In this document: positions 48,867 through 59,947 of the stretch, piece after piece | Layout: every line of letters begins with the position of its first letter | How positions within the stretch are numbered: position 1 is the stretch's first letter | Source of the DNA: an uncultured virus (IMG/VR IMGVR_UViG_3300042691_027194) | Taxonomy: Duplodnaviria > Heunggongvirae > Uroviricota > Caudoviricetes | Strand: one strand, 5' to 3' | Virus record (IMG/VR): IMGVR_UViG_3300042691_027194 | Length of the DNA: 64,000 bases | Position numbers and translations under genes: made by a program | The notes under the pieces: generated by a model | Seen by the model: only the letters and a program-made list of their open reading frames with translations | The model's database searches: none | Told to the model about the DNA's origin: nothing

Positions 48867-50111
48867 ATGGATTACTCAGAAAATAAACCAATTTGGCCAG
48901 GTTCCTCTTCATTTACAACTGGATCTACACCATTTGGATTCTTTGATACTGATCCGATGTTCCAGAACCATGCAGATCGATTTGCAAAGTTTGCAGCACA
49001 ACATGTTGGATATCCAATTATGGATGTTGAACTTTTAGATATAAATTTTTATACTGCATTTGAAGCCGCAGTACTAGAATATTCAAACCAGATTAATCAA
49101 GTTAACATTGTTAATAACCTGATTAACACGTTAGGAGTTCAAACCGGTTCTGATTATTTAACAGGCAATGGTGGATCCATGACTGGTGTTAATATTGGGC
49201 AATCTTTAGGATACATAACTAAACTATCTAGAGCATATGGTACTGAAGCTGACTCGGGGGGTGATGTAAAATGGCGTAAAGCTGTTGTTAACATTATTCC
49301 TGGACAACAAACATATAGTATTCGCGAAGCAGTATCTGCATCATTATCAGCAAACAGTTCTAGTTTATCCAATACTAGTTCAATTGAAATTCGCAGAGTA
49401 TTGCATAATCCACCGCCGGCAATTACAAGATATTTTGATCCATTTGTTGGAACAGGTCTAGGTTCGCAACAATTATTAGATTCATTTAACTTTGGAGGAT
49501 TTTCACCTTCAATTAGTTTTATGATGATGCCAATACACGCAGATTTATTAAGATTGCAGGCAATTGAATTCAATGACCAAGTACGTAAGTCACATTACTC
49601 ATTTGAAATACACGGAGATGACATTAAGTTTTGGCCTATACCATCATCTGGTACGGGATCATCTGCATCTTCTTTATTTTATAATAATGTATGGATTGAA
49701 TATTTGCTTGAAGAAGAAAAAAGCAAACAAGCTATTTTGTTTGGGAATACAGCACTTTTAACTGGGGTCGTAAGTGACGCAGCAAATATACCATATACGA
49801 ATCATCAGTACAGGACAATTAATGATATGGGCCGTTCTTGGATATTTAAATACGGTGTTGCAACTGTGAAAGAAATGTTGGGATATGTACGAGGTAAATA
49901 TTCATCGATACCAATTCCAAATTCAGAAGTAACATTAAATGGGTCGGAACTAGTAACACAGGGCCAATCAGAAAAAGAAGCTCTAGTAACACAACTTCGT
50001 GAATTTTTAGCAGAATTAACAAAAGAAAAAATGTTGACCCGCCAAAATACCGAAGCTACCCAAATGACTGAAATACTAGGTAAAATTCCATTAAAAATAT
50101 ATGTTGGATAG
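48867..50111 (+). CDS. neck/head-tail adaptor protein (gp13-like)
   Basis: GYPIMDVEL; KEMLGYVRGKY..IP...VTLNG. Confidence 0.8.
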   Translation: MDYSENKPIWPGSSSFTTGSTPFGFFDTDPMFQNHADRFAKFAAQHVGYPIMDVELLDINFYTAFEAAVLEYSNQINQVNIVNNLINTLGVQTGSDYLTGNGGSMTGVNIGQSLGYITKLSRAYGTEADSGGDVKWRKAVVNIIPGQQTYSIREAVSASLSANSSSLSNTSSIEIRRVLHNPPPAITRYFDPFVGTGLGSQQLLDSFNFGGFSPSISFMMMPIHADLLRLQAIEFNDQVRKSHYSFEIHGDDIKFWPIPSSGTGSSASSLFYNNVWIEYLLEEEKSKQAILFGNTALLTGVVSDAANIPYTNHQYRTINDMGRSWIFKYGVATVKEMLGYVRGKYSSIPIPNSEVTLNGSELVTQGQSEKEALVTQLREFLAELTKEKMLTRQNTEATQMTEILGKIPLKIYVG

Positions 50112-50120
50112 GAGTAAGAT

Positions 50121-50642
50121 ATGGCACTGTTTGGAGGAATTAGAGACGCTAAATTCTTAGCTTCTGTTAACGCAGAATTATTAAATGCAATTGTCGATAC
50201 AGAAATAGAATTTTTCAAATTAATTATCGAATCATCAGATTCTAACATGTATGGAGAATCTCCATCTAAATCATATTATGATTCTATATTGCTTCCGTGT
50301 TTAATAACTAAAGAATCAAAAACTGCGACTATGGATGATTATGGTCATTCATATACACGAACAGCCCAATTTGGAATATCAAGAGATATTTTAGAACGAG
50401 CTGATTTCTTCCCAGAAGTAGGCGATATTGTGTTTTGGGATAATGAATACTATGAACTAGACAATGTAGATGCAAATCAATACTTTGCTGGTAAAAATCC
50501 TGAAACATGGCCAAACGGTTCACAGCATGGATACAGTATATCTGTATTATGTGATGCACATGCAACAAGACAAACACCACATGGTATCAAAGATCTTCGT
50601 CGAGGCGGAAACAATAATTTTGCATACAAAGGTAATAAATAA
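50121..50642 (+). CDS. neck/head closure protein (gp14-like)
   Basis: NMYGE and PEVGDIVFWDNEYYE; follows the gp13-like gene. Confidence 0.7.
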   Translation: MALFGGIRDAKFLASVNAELLNAIVDTEIEFFKLIIESSDSNMYGESPSKSYYDSILLPCLITKESKTATMDDYGHSYTRTAQFGISRDILERADFFPEVGDIVFWDNEYYELDNVDANQYFAGKNPETWPNGSQHGYSISVLCDAHATRQTPHGIKDLRRGGNNNFAYKGNK

Positions 50643-51868
50643 TGCCTAGATTAAATAGAAAAAATATTGATCGTAAAACTAATAAGCCAGAGCCATACAG
50701 AACAGAAGGCTTAACAAACGATCAACTGTTGAATCGAGCTAATCAAATAAGACGAGATGATGATGTAGTACGAACAGTGCAACGCACATTGTATGATATT
50801 GATTATGCAATTAAGTGGTATGTTGATAATGAAATACAACCTCAGATTAATCATAACACTGAATTAATTCCAGTCCCGGTAATTTTTGCTAACGGTGAAA
50901 AATGGGACAATGTTCGTAGATTAGGTTATTTGCGAGATGAAAAAGGAATGCTTCAATCTCCATTAATCATGTTGAAACGAAACAGTGTGGTAGAACGAGA
51001 CTCATTGAGAACATTGGATGTTAATCGTATGCCAGCTGGAAATCAGATAGTATATAAAAGTAAATACAATGCTCGAAATCGGTATGAAGATGTATTATTT
51101 CCAATACCAAATTCAGAGCCACAACCAAGTGAACAGTTTTATGTTGTGGATATTCCAAAATACGTTACTGTTGAATACGATATGATGCTTTGGTGTGATT
51201 TCACCACGCAACTCAATGATTTAATTGACCAAATACTTCCATATGGTAGATTTTTATGGGGCAATGAAGCAAACCGATTTGAAACAGCCATTGGTCAAAC
51301 TTCATTTGAAATTGTGAATACGGTTGGAGAAGATCGATTAGTGCGAGCGACAATTCCATTAACAGTACAAGGTACCCTGTTATCAGAACAAGAAACCAGG
51401 ATATCAACTATTAAAAAAATGTACTCAGTTAAACGAGTGTCATATGATACCGTAGTTGATATAGGCACAACTGATATGTTTGCTACAGTAAATGTGCCAA
51501 TACAACTATTACAAGTGCAGAGTGTAATATTAGGGGGAGGTAATATAACTGTAACCGGCGGTGGAACTAGCACGACGATTGATGCTGCAACTCTATCTTA
51601 TATAATCGCGGTTTCAGATCGACAAGCAACATATTCATCTAGCACAACTGTGACAGTTAATGCATTTGCTGCAATCAATCCAGTAACTAATTTAACGGCA
51701 ACCAAGAACGAATTCAATGTATACATCAACGGCCAATACATAGATAAAGTGGCATATACTTGGACACCATCAGACATTGCAAACCAGACCATTATATTCG
51801 ATACTGCGACTTTAGGATACACCATAGATTCCACAGATACGATAATTATTAATGGAAGGTGGGCATAA
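50642..51868 (+). CDS. tail terminator/sheath stabiliser (gp15-like) with C-terminal extension
   Basis: PVIFANGEKW and IPKYVTVEYDM..Q.NDLIDQI; synteny with neck genes. Confidence 0.65.
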   Translation: MPRLNRKNIDRKTNKPEPYRTEGLTNDQLLNRANQIRRDDDVVRTVQRTLYDIDYAIKWYVDNEIQPQINHNTELIPVPVIFANGEKWDNVRRLGYLRDEKGMLQSPLIMLKRNSVVERDSLRTLDVNRMPAGNQIVYKSKYNARNRYEDVLFPIPNSEPQPSEQFYVVDIPKYVTVEYDMMLWCDFTTQLNDLIDQILPYGRFLWGNEANRFETAIGQTSFEIVNTVGEDRLVRATIPLTVQGTLLSEQETRISTIKKMYSVKRVSYDTVVDIGTTDMFATVNVPIQLLQVQSVILGGGNITVTGGGTSTTIDAATLSYIIAVSDRQATYSSSTTVTVNAFAAINPVTNLTATKNEFNVYINGQYIDKVAYTWTPSDIANQTIIFDTATLGYTIDSTDTIIINGRWA

Positions 51869-54800
51869 TGAGACAGTTCAAACCAGGACAATTACAAACC
51901 GGTTCTTTATATAATATTTCGTCAAGCTATGCGTTAACGGCATCATTTGCATTGAATGGTGGTGGCGGAAGTGGCACTACTATAAACACCGGTTCATTTG
52001 TAACCACAAGCTCATTTAATGCATTCACTGCATCATATACCACCGGGTCGTTTACTGGGTCGTTTAAAGGTGATGGATCTCAATTAACAGGCATTGTTTC
52101 ATCAAAATGGACTGGATCGAATCCTATATCACGTCAAGGCGATGTTGAGATAACCGGGTCACTGCGTGTGCAAGGAAGCATTACTGGAAGTTTATTTGGT
52201 ACTGCGAGTTGGGCTACGAATGCAGCGACTGCATCTTATGTTAATCCACTCAATCAAAACGTACAACTAACCGGCTCATTATACTTAGCAACACCAGAAG
52301 TAGCATCCGTATATTTTTCAGGATCATCCGCAGCAAGTCGATTGGTGTGGAACGATACAGATGGTACCTTAAATTTAGGATTAAAAGGTGGCAATGTAAC
52401 TCTGCAAGTAGGTCAAGAGCAAGTTGTTAGGGCAGTAAACAAAACCGGAACTAATCTATTAGAATCTGAATATAAAGCTGCTCGTATACGAAGAGTAGAC
52501 GAAGGTGGATCTCAAGGCCAACGATTAGCCATTGTACTGGCTCAAGCTGACAATGATGCTAACTCAGTGGACACATTAGGCCTAGTAACTGAGAATATCG
52601 ACGTAAACCAAGAAGGTTTCATTACTAATAGTGGATTAGTCAGAGGCATAAACACTACCGGAGCATTGCAGGGAGAAACTTGGGTGGATGGTGATGTATT
52701 GTACCTATCACCAACAACGGCTGGAGGTATAACAACAACAAAACCACAAGCTCCACAACACACTGTAATTATAGGGTATGTAGTATACGCCCATTCAAAC
52801 AATGGTACGATATTTGTTAAAGTAGATAATGGATATGAAATAGATGAATTACACAATGTTAAAATAACAACCGGGTCACTTACACCAGGACAACTTCTAG
52901 TTAGAAGTGGGAGTAATGCTACCGGTGTTTGGATTAACACAAACCAATTAACTGGATCATATGGTTTAACTGGTTCATTAACTGCTACATCATTTACCGG
53001 ATCTTTGTTTGGTACTTCTAGTTGGGCAAGTAATGCCGTAACTGCGTCACATGCTCCAAACTACGTGTTAACTAGTGCAACCGGTTCAATGTTGTTACCA
53101 TATGTGCTAACTTCGAATACTGCATCAATGACTGTGTTAAGCAGTTCATTTGCTAGTACTGCATCATACGTATTACAAGCAGTAAGTGCATCATATGCTC
53201 CGGACACAACTTTTCCATATACCGGTTCTGCTTTAATTACTGGATCGTTAGGTGTAACAGGTTCTATGTCATTATTGGCTACAACTTCAACAACTTCCAC
53301 TATATTTAACGTTAGAAATAGTGCTAGTACTGCTAATATAATTGAAGCAAGAGGTAACGCTTCTATTGTTTTTGCAAATGGGGTAAGTACATACTCTCTA
53401 AACCCAAGAACTGATGCCGATGGATTTTCTTTAAATTCGGGAAATGGTCTTTATGGAACTGGAACGGGAATGGAAGTCGTTTCAAATGGCTTCCTGATTA
53501 ACAATTCAGGTTCAAGAACATTCCGCTTTACGGGCGCAAGTGTTACAAATCTTTGGGAATTTAGAAATGAAAGTGGTCAATTAAGAATATGCCCAACGAC
53601 TGATACGACAAATCCAATTATTAACTTAAATGGTACAACAAGGTTCGTTGGAGTGGGAATTTTAACACCAGCCGCAAGACTTGACGTAAAAGCCCAAGGT
53701 GCATTATCCACAGATACTGTGTTCCGAGTTAGAAATAGTGCGGATACTCAAAACTTAATGTCCATTACCGGCGATGGTAGAGTCGCAATTGGATTGAATG
53801 CTCAAATACTAGGTACGACTGATGCGTTTAAGAATGTTGTTATCGGTGGTGGTGCAAAGGATATAGCATCAGCTGGGGTAACTGAAAATGCTGTTGCATT
53901 TGGATACAATGCTGTATCAAATAATGGAGGTACTGCAATTGGAGCGAATACATCAATCACTGGGATACAAGGTGTGGCCATTGGCGCTAGCGCCATTGCC
54001 GGAATAAGTTCCACCGCAATTGGTGCAACTGCGATCGCAGATGGTACTTCTGGATATCAATCACTGGCCATTGGTTTTGGTGCAAGAGCATCTGCACTTT
54101 TAAGTGGTATCATTGCAGTAGGACAATCATCTTATACCAATGCACTAGGTCAAACATTAGCTTTTTGTGTTGATCCTTCTGGAGCAAATAGTCAGACCAT
54201 GCTTTTGACAAATAAAGCAAATCTCGTATTTAGAAATAGCACACAATTAACTTCTGGAACGCATTGGGATACTACTGCAACCAACACCCTAACCATACAC
54301 TCAGGTTCAATACCAGCAACTACGGTATCCGGTGCATTCCAAATGTATGCAGCAACCGGATCGCTAACAAACAACACAAGACCACACTTCCGAACAGGAA
54401 ACGGTACTACGGTTTGGTTAGGAGATGAATCACGCTTATTCAACGTAACGGCATCTCGCACAATTATATCAAGTTCACAAAACACAGCATCAGGTTCTTC
54501 CCTAACAGTGTACGGATCAGGTTCAGCCTTACCAGTATTCACAGTACAAGGTTCACAAGGTGAATTGTTTAGCATAACAGATAGTTTAAGTGGCTCTTTA
54601 TTCTCAGTTAATGATATTTCTGGTTTGCCAATTTTAGAAGTATTCTCTGATAACACCACACTGATTGGTAACTATCTAGATCCGATGTTGATCACAACGG
54701 CTAAAATCACGCAAACAAACTCAGGTTCGTTTACGGTGTATAGTTTACCAACAGCATCTTATGACACTGCATTCTTTGAATACTCTGTACGATCGGGTTC

Positions 54801-54993
54801 AAATGCACGAGCAGGTACAATCATGGCAATTCAGAGTGGGTCATCCGTAAACTTCACAGAAACTACAACAACTGATTTTGGTAACACTTCCGCAGTTTCA
54901 TTCGGAGTATTTATTACAGGATCAAACATGGCATTAACAGGATCTTCAACTTCAGGAGCATGGACAACAAAATGTATAGTAAGAGGAATTTAA
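51868..54993 (+). CDS. tail fibre protein (start reassigned to ATG 51868)
   Basis: TGS-rich repeats; YadA-like AIG..A.A repeats around residues 670-750; TAATG coupling to the upstream gene. Confidence 0.75.
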   Translation: MRQFKPGQLQTGSLYNISSSYALTASFALNGGGGSGTTINTGSFVTTSSFNAFTASYTTGSFTGSFKGDGSQLTGIVSSKWTGSNPISRQGDVEITGSLRVQGSITGSLFGTASWATNAATASYVNPLNQNVQLTGSLYLATPEVASVYFSGSSAASRLVWNDTDGTLNLGLKGGNVTLQVGQEQVVRAVNKTGTNLLESEYKAARIRRVDEGGSQGQRLAIVLAQADNDANSVDTLGLVTENIDVNQEGFITNSGLVRGINTTGALQGETWVDGDVLYLSPTTAGGITTTKPQAPQHTVIIGYVVYAHSNNGTIFVKVDNGYEIDELHNVKITTGSLTPGQLLVRSGSNATGVWINTNQLTGSYGLTGSLTATSFTGSLFGTSSWASNAVTASHAPNYVLTSATGSMLLPYVLTSNTASMTVLSSSFASTASYVLQAVSASYAPDTTFPYTGSALITGSLGVTGSMSLLATTSTTSTIFNVRNSASTANIIEARGNASIVFANGVSTYSLNPRTDADGFSLNSGNGLYGTGTGMEVVSNGFLINNSGSRTFRFTGASVTNLWEFRNESGQLRICPTTDTTNPIINLNGTTRFVGVGILTPAARLDVKAQGALSTDTVFRVRNSADTQNLMSITGDGRVAIGLNAQILGTTDAFKNVVIGGGAKDIASAGVTENAVAFGYNAVSNNGGTAIGANTSITGIQGVAIGASAIAGISSTAIGATAIADGTSGYQSLAIGFGARASALLSGIIAVGQSSYTNALGQTLAFCVDPSGANSQTMLLTNKANLVFRNSTQLTSGTHWDTTATNTLTIHSGSIPATTVSGAFQMYAATGSLTNNTRPHFRTGNGTTVWLGDESRLFNVTASRTIISSSQNTASGSSLTVYGSGSALPVFTVQGSQGELFSITDSLSGSLFSVNDISGLPILEVFSDNTTLIGNYLDPMLITTAKITQTNSGSFTVYSLPTASYDTAFFEYSVRSGSNARAGTIMAIQSGSSVNFTETTTTDFGNTSAVSFGVFITGSNMALTGSSTSGAWTTKCIVRGI

Positions 54994-54997
54994 GGTT

Positions 54998-55684
54998 ATG
55001 GCGTTTAATTATTCACCGAAAATAGTAACAGATGGATTGATACTGTATTTAGATGCAGCAAATCCACGTTCATATACGTCTGGGTCAACTTCATGGGTAG
55101 ATTTATCACGTGGTGGAAATAACGGAACATTGGTAAATGGTCCTACATTTTCAAGTGCACATGGTGGGTCAATTGTTTTTGATGGAACAAATGATTACGT
55201 TGATTTAGGTGGAAGTTTAAATTTAAAACCAACAACATCAATTACTGTTTCGACTTGGATCCGATTCAATGCCATGGTTGCAAACGTAAGAGCATTATCT
55301 GATTGGCATCAAAATGGTGCAACTGATAGATGGATTTTTTACATTACTGATTCTAATACAATACAGTGGTATCTTTTAACAAATTCCTTCGCTTCTGCAG
55401 TCCCATTTTCACCAGTATTATTAAATACCTGGTATAATTTTACAGGCGTATATGATGGAATTTCCCAAATTTTTTATGTTAATGGAGTATTTCATAATTC
55501 AACCTCAAAAACAGGCACTATGAATACATCAAATACATCTCAACCCGTAAGATTAGGAGGCCAAGTTTCAGCTGGAGGATATCATAATGGTAATATATCA
55601 ACAACATTAATTTATAATCGCGCTCTTACAGCAACAGAAGTCTTACAAAACTACAACGCAACTAAAACTAGATTTGGACTATAA
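54998..55684 (+). CDS. LamG/concanavalin-like virion protein 1
   Basis: DGLILYLDAAN..SY, FDGTNDY and YNRALT..EVLQNYNATKTRFGL. Confidence 0.8.
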   Translation: MAFNYSPKIVTDGLILYLDAANPRSYTSGSTSWVDLSRGGNNGTLVNGPTFSSAHGGSIVFDGTNDYVDLGGSLNLKPTTSITVSTWIRFNAMVANVRALSDWHQNGATDRWIFYITDSNTIQWYLLTNSFASAVPFSPVLLNTWYNFTGVYDGISQIFYVNGVFHNSTSKTGTMNTSNTSQPVRLGGQVSAGGYHNGNISTTLIYNRALTATEVLQNYNATKTRFGL

Positions 55685-56382
55685 TGGCAGGAAGAGTGGC
55701 ATACTACGGTCAAAGTGTACAAGATGGTGCTGTCTTGCGACTAGATGCCGGCAAACGAGACTCATACCCAGGTACCGGAACTATATGGCGAGATTTAAGC
55801 GGCAAGCAGAATAATGGCACATTGCTCAATTCGCCTACGTTTAATAACACCAACGGAGGGATATTGCGGTTCGATGGGGTAGATGATTACTGCTTGAACT
55901 CAATTAGTAGTGGGTTTACGCAAAAGTTAACAGTAATAACAATAGCCAAATCTACCAATGCAACATGGAACCAGTACGCAGGACTAGGTTCTGCTCGTGT
56001 AAACAACGGATACATTATACATAACAACTACCCAAGTGTTACATCTGTAACTTTTTATGTAATTGGCAGCACAGGCGGCTATACCGATATCGGCTCAGTA
56101 ACTCCGTCAAATATTACGAACTACAACTTTTATGCATTAACCACCAACGGTACAAATTCTCACAAAAGATACTTGAATGGAGCATTGATAGGCACATCAA
56201 CTACCGCCATAACCAGAACTGACACTAACTCGTCTCAAGGCAACTGGTTAGCTAGCGATTCTGGTGTCGCCGGCCGGTTTAATGCAGTTTCAATTGGCAT
56301 TCATTTGATCTACAACAGAGAACTAAGTAGTGATGAAATATTGCAAACATACAATGCATACAAAACCAGATTTGAAATGTAA
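55684..56382 (+). CDS. LamG/concanavalin-like virion protein 2
   Basis: LDAGKRDSY, FDGVDDY and YNRELS..EILQ. Confidence 0.8.
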   Translation: MAGRVAYYGQSVQDGAVLRLDAGKRDSYPGTGTIWRDLSGKQNNGTLLNSPTFNNTNGGILRFDGVDDYCLNSISSGFTQKLTVITIAKSTNATWNQYAGLGSARVNNGYIIHNNYPSVTSVTFYVIGSTGGYTDIGSVTPSNITNYNFYALTTNGTNSHKRYLNGALIGTSTTAITRTDTNSSQGNWLASDSGVAGRFNAVSIGIHLIYNRELSSDEILQTYNAYKTRFEM

Positions 56383-56654
56383 TGGATATTAACATGGAAA
56401 CACAAGACTACGAAAACAGAGAATTCATGATATTCAGTGTGTCTGAATTAGACAACATTGATTTCACACAAGTACTAGAAACATCGGCAGAAACTGTTAG
56501 ATGCTCTATTGATGGTACCCTTACATTTGTAAAATGGGAAGGTACAACACCACAATGTGTTGCAGATTTAACTACAAAGCAAGGTCCATACACTTACACA
56601 GAAATTCTAGAAATACTATCTACACTGGAATGGACAAGTAACGAGATGCCATGA
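56382..56654 (+). CDS. small fibre-associated hypothetical protein
   Basis: IDFTQVLETSAETVRCSIDGTLTFVKW; embedded in the LamG cluster. Confidence 0.65.
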   Translation: MDINMETQDYENREFMIFSVSELDNIDFTQVLETSAETVRCSIDGTLTFVKWEGTTPQCVADLTTKQGPYTYTEILEILSTLEWTSNEMP

Positions 56655-57331
56655 GTACAGTTGGAAATTGGAGAGGACCTAACATAGTTAAAGACGGATT
56701 AGTATTTTATTTAGATGCTGGTTCACCTAACTCATTTTATCCCCCAACAGCTGGTGCAACTTGGAAAGACACCTCAGGAAATGGGCATATTGGTACTTTA
56801 ACAAATGGACCAACATATGATTCTGCAAACGGTGGTACAATTGTATTTGATGGAGTTGATGATTATGTTTCAACAAATTATAACACTGCATTAACTGATT
56901 TTACTGTTGGGGTATGGTTTAAATCTACAAATGTGAGTGGATACCAACGAGTATTAGATAAAAACTATACTAGCGGTTTTTGGATAGGAAGAAATACTAC
57001 ATTGGCAAATAGTTGGGGTGGAGGTATTTGTGAACCTACAGCACCATATGGAAGATTTATTACCTTAACAGATAATCAATGGCATTATATAGTATTTAGA
57101 AGACTAGGAACTACACATACTGTTTTTGGAGACGGAATAATCAACACAACATCAGGCACTGTGCCAGCAACTGCTTTAAGTACATCTACTCTTGCTCTAG
57201 GTAGAGAATTCACTGTTGGGCCAAGTGTATTTAAAGGGAATATTTCATTTACACATATGTACAATAGAGCATTATCTGACCAAGAAATACTTCAAAACTT
57301 CAACGCAACTAGAGCACGTTTCGGTCTTTAA
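56651..57331 (+). CDS. LamG/concanavalin-like virion protein 3
   Basis: DGLVFYLDAG, FDGVDDY and YNRALS..EILQNFNATRARFGL. Confidence 0.8.
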   Translation: MSTVGNWRGPNIVKDGLVFYLDAGSPNSFYPPTAGATWKDTSGNGHIGTLTNGPTYDSANGGTIVFDGVDDYVSTNYNTALTDFTVGVWFKSTNVSGYQRVLDKNYTSGFWIGRNTTLANSWGGGICEPTAPYGRFITLTDNQWHYIVFRRLGTTHTVFGDGIINTTSGTVPATALSTSTLALGREFTVGPSVFKGNISFTHMYNRALSDQEILQNFNATRARFGL

Positions 57332-57384
57332 CCATATTTATAATAAAGCTAGTATTAATCTTGGACAGTGAAAAGATTTAACAT

Positions 57385-59910
57385 ATGAATGAATTTATAA
57401 TCAAGAACGGCTTCCGTTCACAAGGTAACAGTGAAGTCACCGGATCACTCAACGTAACTGGGGGCATAACCGGATCTTTGCAAGGTACAGCAGCATATGC
57501 CGAATCGGCATCATACGCAACAACTGCACTCCAAGCGTTAGGGATTGCCAACGCAGTAACAAACAACAGCAACAACCGAGTGCTGACAGCTACTGGAGGA
57601 ACAGATATATATGCTGAAACTAATTTAACATTTGATTCGACAGTACTGACTTTAACCAATGGTATCCTAACATTTACAGGATCTGGTGCTGGTATTGGTA
57701 GAATACAACAATCACCAGGAGGAGCAGCTAATGGTTCATATTCTCATGCACAAGGATTAGCTGTGAGTGCAAACGGTGCATACTCCCATGCAGAGGGATC
57801 TAGTACCAATGCATCAGGATTTGGATCACATGCAGAAGGTTCTGGCTCATTTACTAGTACATCTACGTTGTACGGGGTAAAATCTAACACAATCACTTCC
57901 GGTGTATTTCAATTAGCTGGTGATGTAACGGCTGTCTTTGCTCCAGGTAATAGGTTATACTATAACAGTGCTGCATATCCAGACAATACTACATTTGTAG
58001 TTGATACTTCAGTTTTTGGAGGAGTAAATACAACCATAACCTTAACTAACACTGGTATCACTGACAGTAACTTTGTTGTTGGAAGTTTAGATTACCTATA
58101 TACCAGCTGGGGAGGCAATCAACCATCATCGGCTGATGGGGGTCATGCCGAAGGATTCTACACAACCGCAGTAGCAGATTGGTCGCATGCGGAAGGATCC
58201 CAAACACAAACATTTGCAAGATATTCACACGCCGAAGGAGACGGTACACAAGCAAACGGTACATATTCACACGCGGAAGGTAGAAATGCAAAAACCTTTG
58301 GACAATACTCACACGCCGAAGGACGTGAAACTCAAGCAAAGGGTGATGGATCACATGCGGAAGGCTACTTAACGATATCTAGCGGAAGTTTTTCACATGC
58401 TGAAGGACGAACTACTACAGCCAACGGAATCTATTCTCACGCTGAAGGCGTGGATACAACAGCAGCTGGATATGCATCACACGCTGAAGGCGAGGGCACA
58501 ACATCCAACGGCCAGGCCTCTCACGCTGAAGGATTTTATGCAACGGCGAGCGGATCCAATTCACATGCTGAAGGTAATACTACAACGGCAACCGGACAAT
58601 TCTCTCATGCAGAGGGATATTACACAACAGCTAATGGATATGCATCACACGTAGAAGGCACTAATACAACATCCAACGGCCAGGCCTCTCACGCTGAAGG
58701 TAATAGTACAGCAGCAGGTAGTCAGTATGGTTATCTAGCAACTATGCCAACATCTGGAGTGATTGTGGTAAATGCATCATACGGAGACTTAACGGGAACG
58801 GGTACCGGTCTTTTTACAGCAGGTACCACGTTAGGTATAGATGATTCTGCTTATGATAATTCTTTTACATTTACTAGTCAAATAATACTATCAAGTTCTT
58901 TCAATGGAACAAATACCACAATCAACTTAGTCGAGACCGGTACATCAACCACTTCTGCATCTATTGGAAGTATATCTAATTTTGGTTCTAATACGGGAGA
59001 CCAGTACTGGGGCGGCTGGTCAGCTCATGCCGAAGGAAATGGCACCTTCGCAATAGGATTCAGCGCTCATGCAGAAGGCAGTGGCTATGCATATGGTAAC
59101 TACTCTCACGCAGAAGGTGGTGGCTATGCATATGGTAACTACTCCCACGCAGAAGGCGACGGACAGGCGTTTGGTGGTACTTCTCACGCAGAAGGTGGTG
59201 GCTATGCATATGGTAACTACTCCCACGCAGAAGGCTCAGGAATAGCTGGTGTGTTAGGATTTGCCATGGCAATCCCAATCACATCCGGTGTTATTGAACT
59301 AGATGCAATATATGGAGACCAAACTGCACAATTTGTTGCTGGCGGGTTTGTAATAGTTGATGACTACAACGGAGAAATTGTACCTGGGGTTAAAACAACA
59401 TATATCTATGAAATTTCATCATCGGCATTCAATGGTACGCCTGCTACAGAAATAACATTAGTTGACACTAGCGTTAATACTGCTAGCAACAAAGCTCGTA
59501 TTGGAATTTACGGAGTAGTAGCACCAACAGCAGCTAACGTGTCAATTGGGGGTTATTCTCACGCAGAAGGTTTAGAAACGCAAGCACTTGGCGAATTTTC
59601 GCATGCGGCTGGTAATAACAATCGTGCATTAGGATACTATCAATCCGTAGTTGGCCAATGGAATCAACCTATATCTCAACCTAGTGCATTCATTGTAGGA
59701 GATGGTGTTGATGATTCAACACGTCATAATCTACTAGTAGCAGCATCAGGAAGTGTTACAATTTCTGGCTCACTTATTTTGACCCCTACTGCGTCAGGCG
59801 CACCTACAAGTCCTGGTACAGATGGACAAATCATATTTGGGCAAGCCGGCGGAAATTATAAAATATATGTTTGGTTAGGTGGAGCCTGGAGATCTGGATC
59901 ATTGTCTTAA
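57385..59910 (+). CDS. tail fibre/adhesin with YadA-head-like SHAEG repeats
   Basis: More than 20 [SA]HAEG repeats of 13-14 aa in blocks; late promoter at 57334. Confidence 0.8.
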   Translation: MNEFIIKNGFRSQGNSEVTGSLNVTGGITGSLQGTAAYAESASYATTALQALGIANAVTNNSNNRVLTATGGTDIYAETNLTFDSTVLTLTNGILTFTGSGAGIGRIQQSPGGAANGSYSHAQGLAVSANGAYSHAEGSSTNASGFGSHAEGSGSFTSTSTLYGVKSNTITSGVFQLAGDVTAVFAPGNRLYYNSAAYPDNTTFVVDTSVFGGVNTTITLTNTGITDSNFVVGSLDYLYTSWGGNQPSSADGGHAEGFYTTAVADWSHAEGSQTQTFARYSHAEGDGTQANGTYSHAEGRNAKTFGQYSHAEGRETQAKGDGSHAEGYLTISSGSFSHAEGRTTTANGIYSHAEGVDTTAAGYASHAEGEGTTSNGQASHAEGFYATASGSNSHAEGNTTTATGQFSHAEGYYTTANGYASHVEGTNTTSNGQASHAEGNSTAAGSQYGYLATMPTSGVIVVNASYGDLTGTGTGLFTAGTTLGIDDSAYDNSFTFTSQIILSSSFNGTNTTINLVETGTSTTSASIGSISNFGSNTGDQYWGGWSAHAEGNGTFAIGFSAHAEGSGYAYGNYSHAEGGGYAYGNYSHAEGDGQAFGGTSHAEGGGYAYGNYSHAEGSGIAGVLGFAMAIPITSGVIELDAIYGDQTAQFVAGGFVIVDDYNGEIVPGVKTTYIYEISSSAFNGTPATEITLVDTSVNTASNKARIGIYGVVAPTAANVSIGGYSHAEGLETQALGEFSHAAGNNNRALGYYQSVVGQWNQPISQPSAFIVGDGVDDSTRHNLLVAASGSVTISGSLILTPTASGAPTSPGTDGQIIFGQAGGNYKIYVWLGGAWRSGSLS
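58498..58700 (+). repeat. 35-bp exact direct repeat with 168-bp period (58498-58532 / 58666-58700)
   Basis: ACAACATCCAACGGCCAGGCCTCTCACGCTGAAGG occurs twice. Confidence 0.9.
59081..59235 (+). repeat. 39-bp tandem repeats encoding GYAYGNYSHAEG
   Basis: GTGGCTATGCATATGGTAACTACTCYCACGCAGAAGG occurs three times, with one diverged unit between copies 2 and 3. Confidence 0.9.
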
Positions 59911-59947
59911 CATATTTATTAGAAACAATTATTGTAGAAATAAAATC

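Noticed and set aside
58140..59235. Regularly spaced repeats resembling a CRISPR array or DGR template/variable repeats
   Set aside because: They are in-frame coding repeats (SHAEG) with degenerate third positions. There are no unique spacers, cas genes, reverse transcriptase or adenine-specific mismatches.
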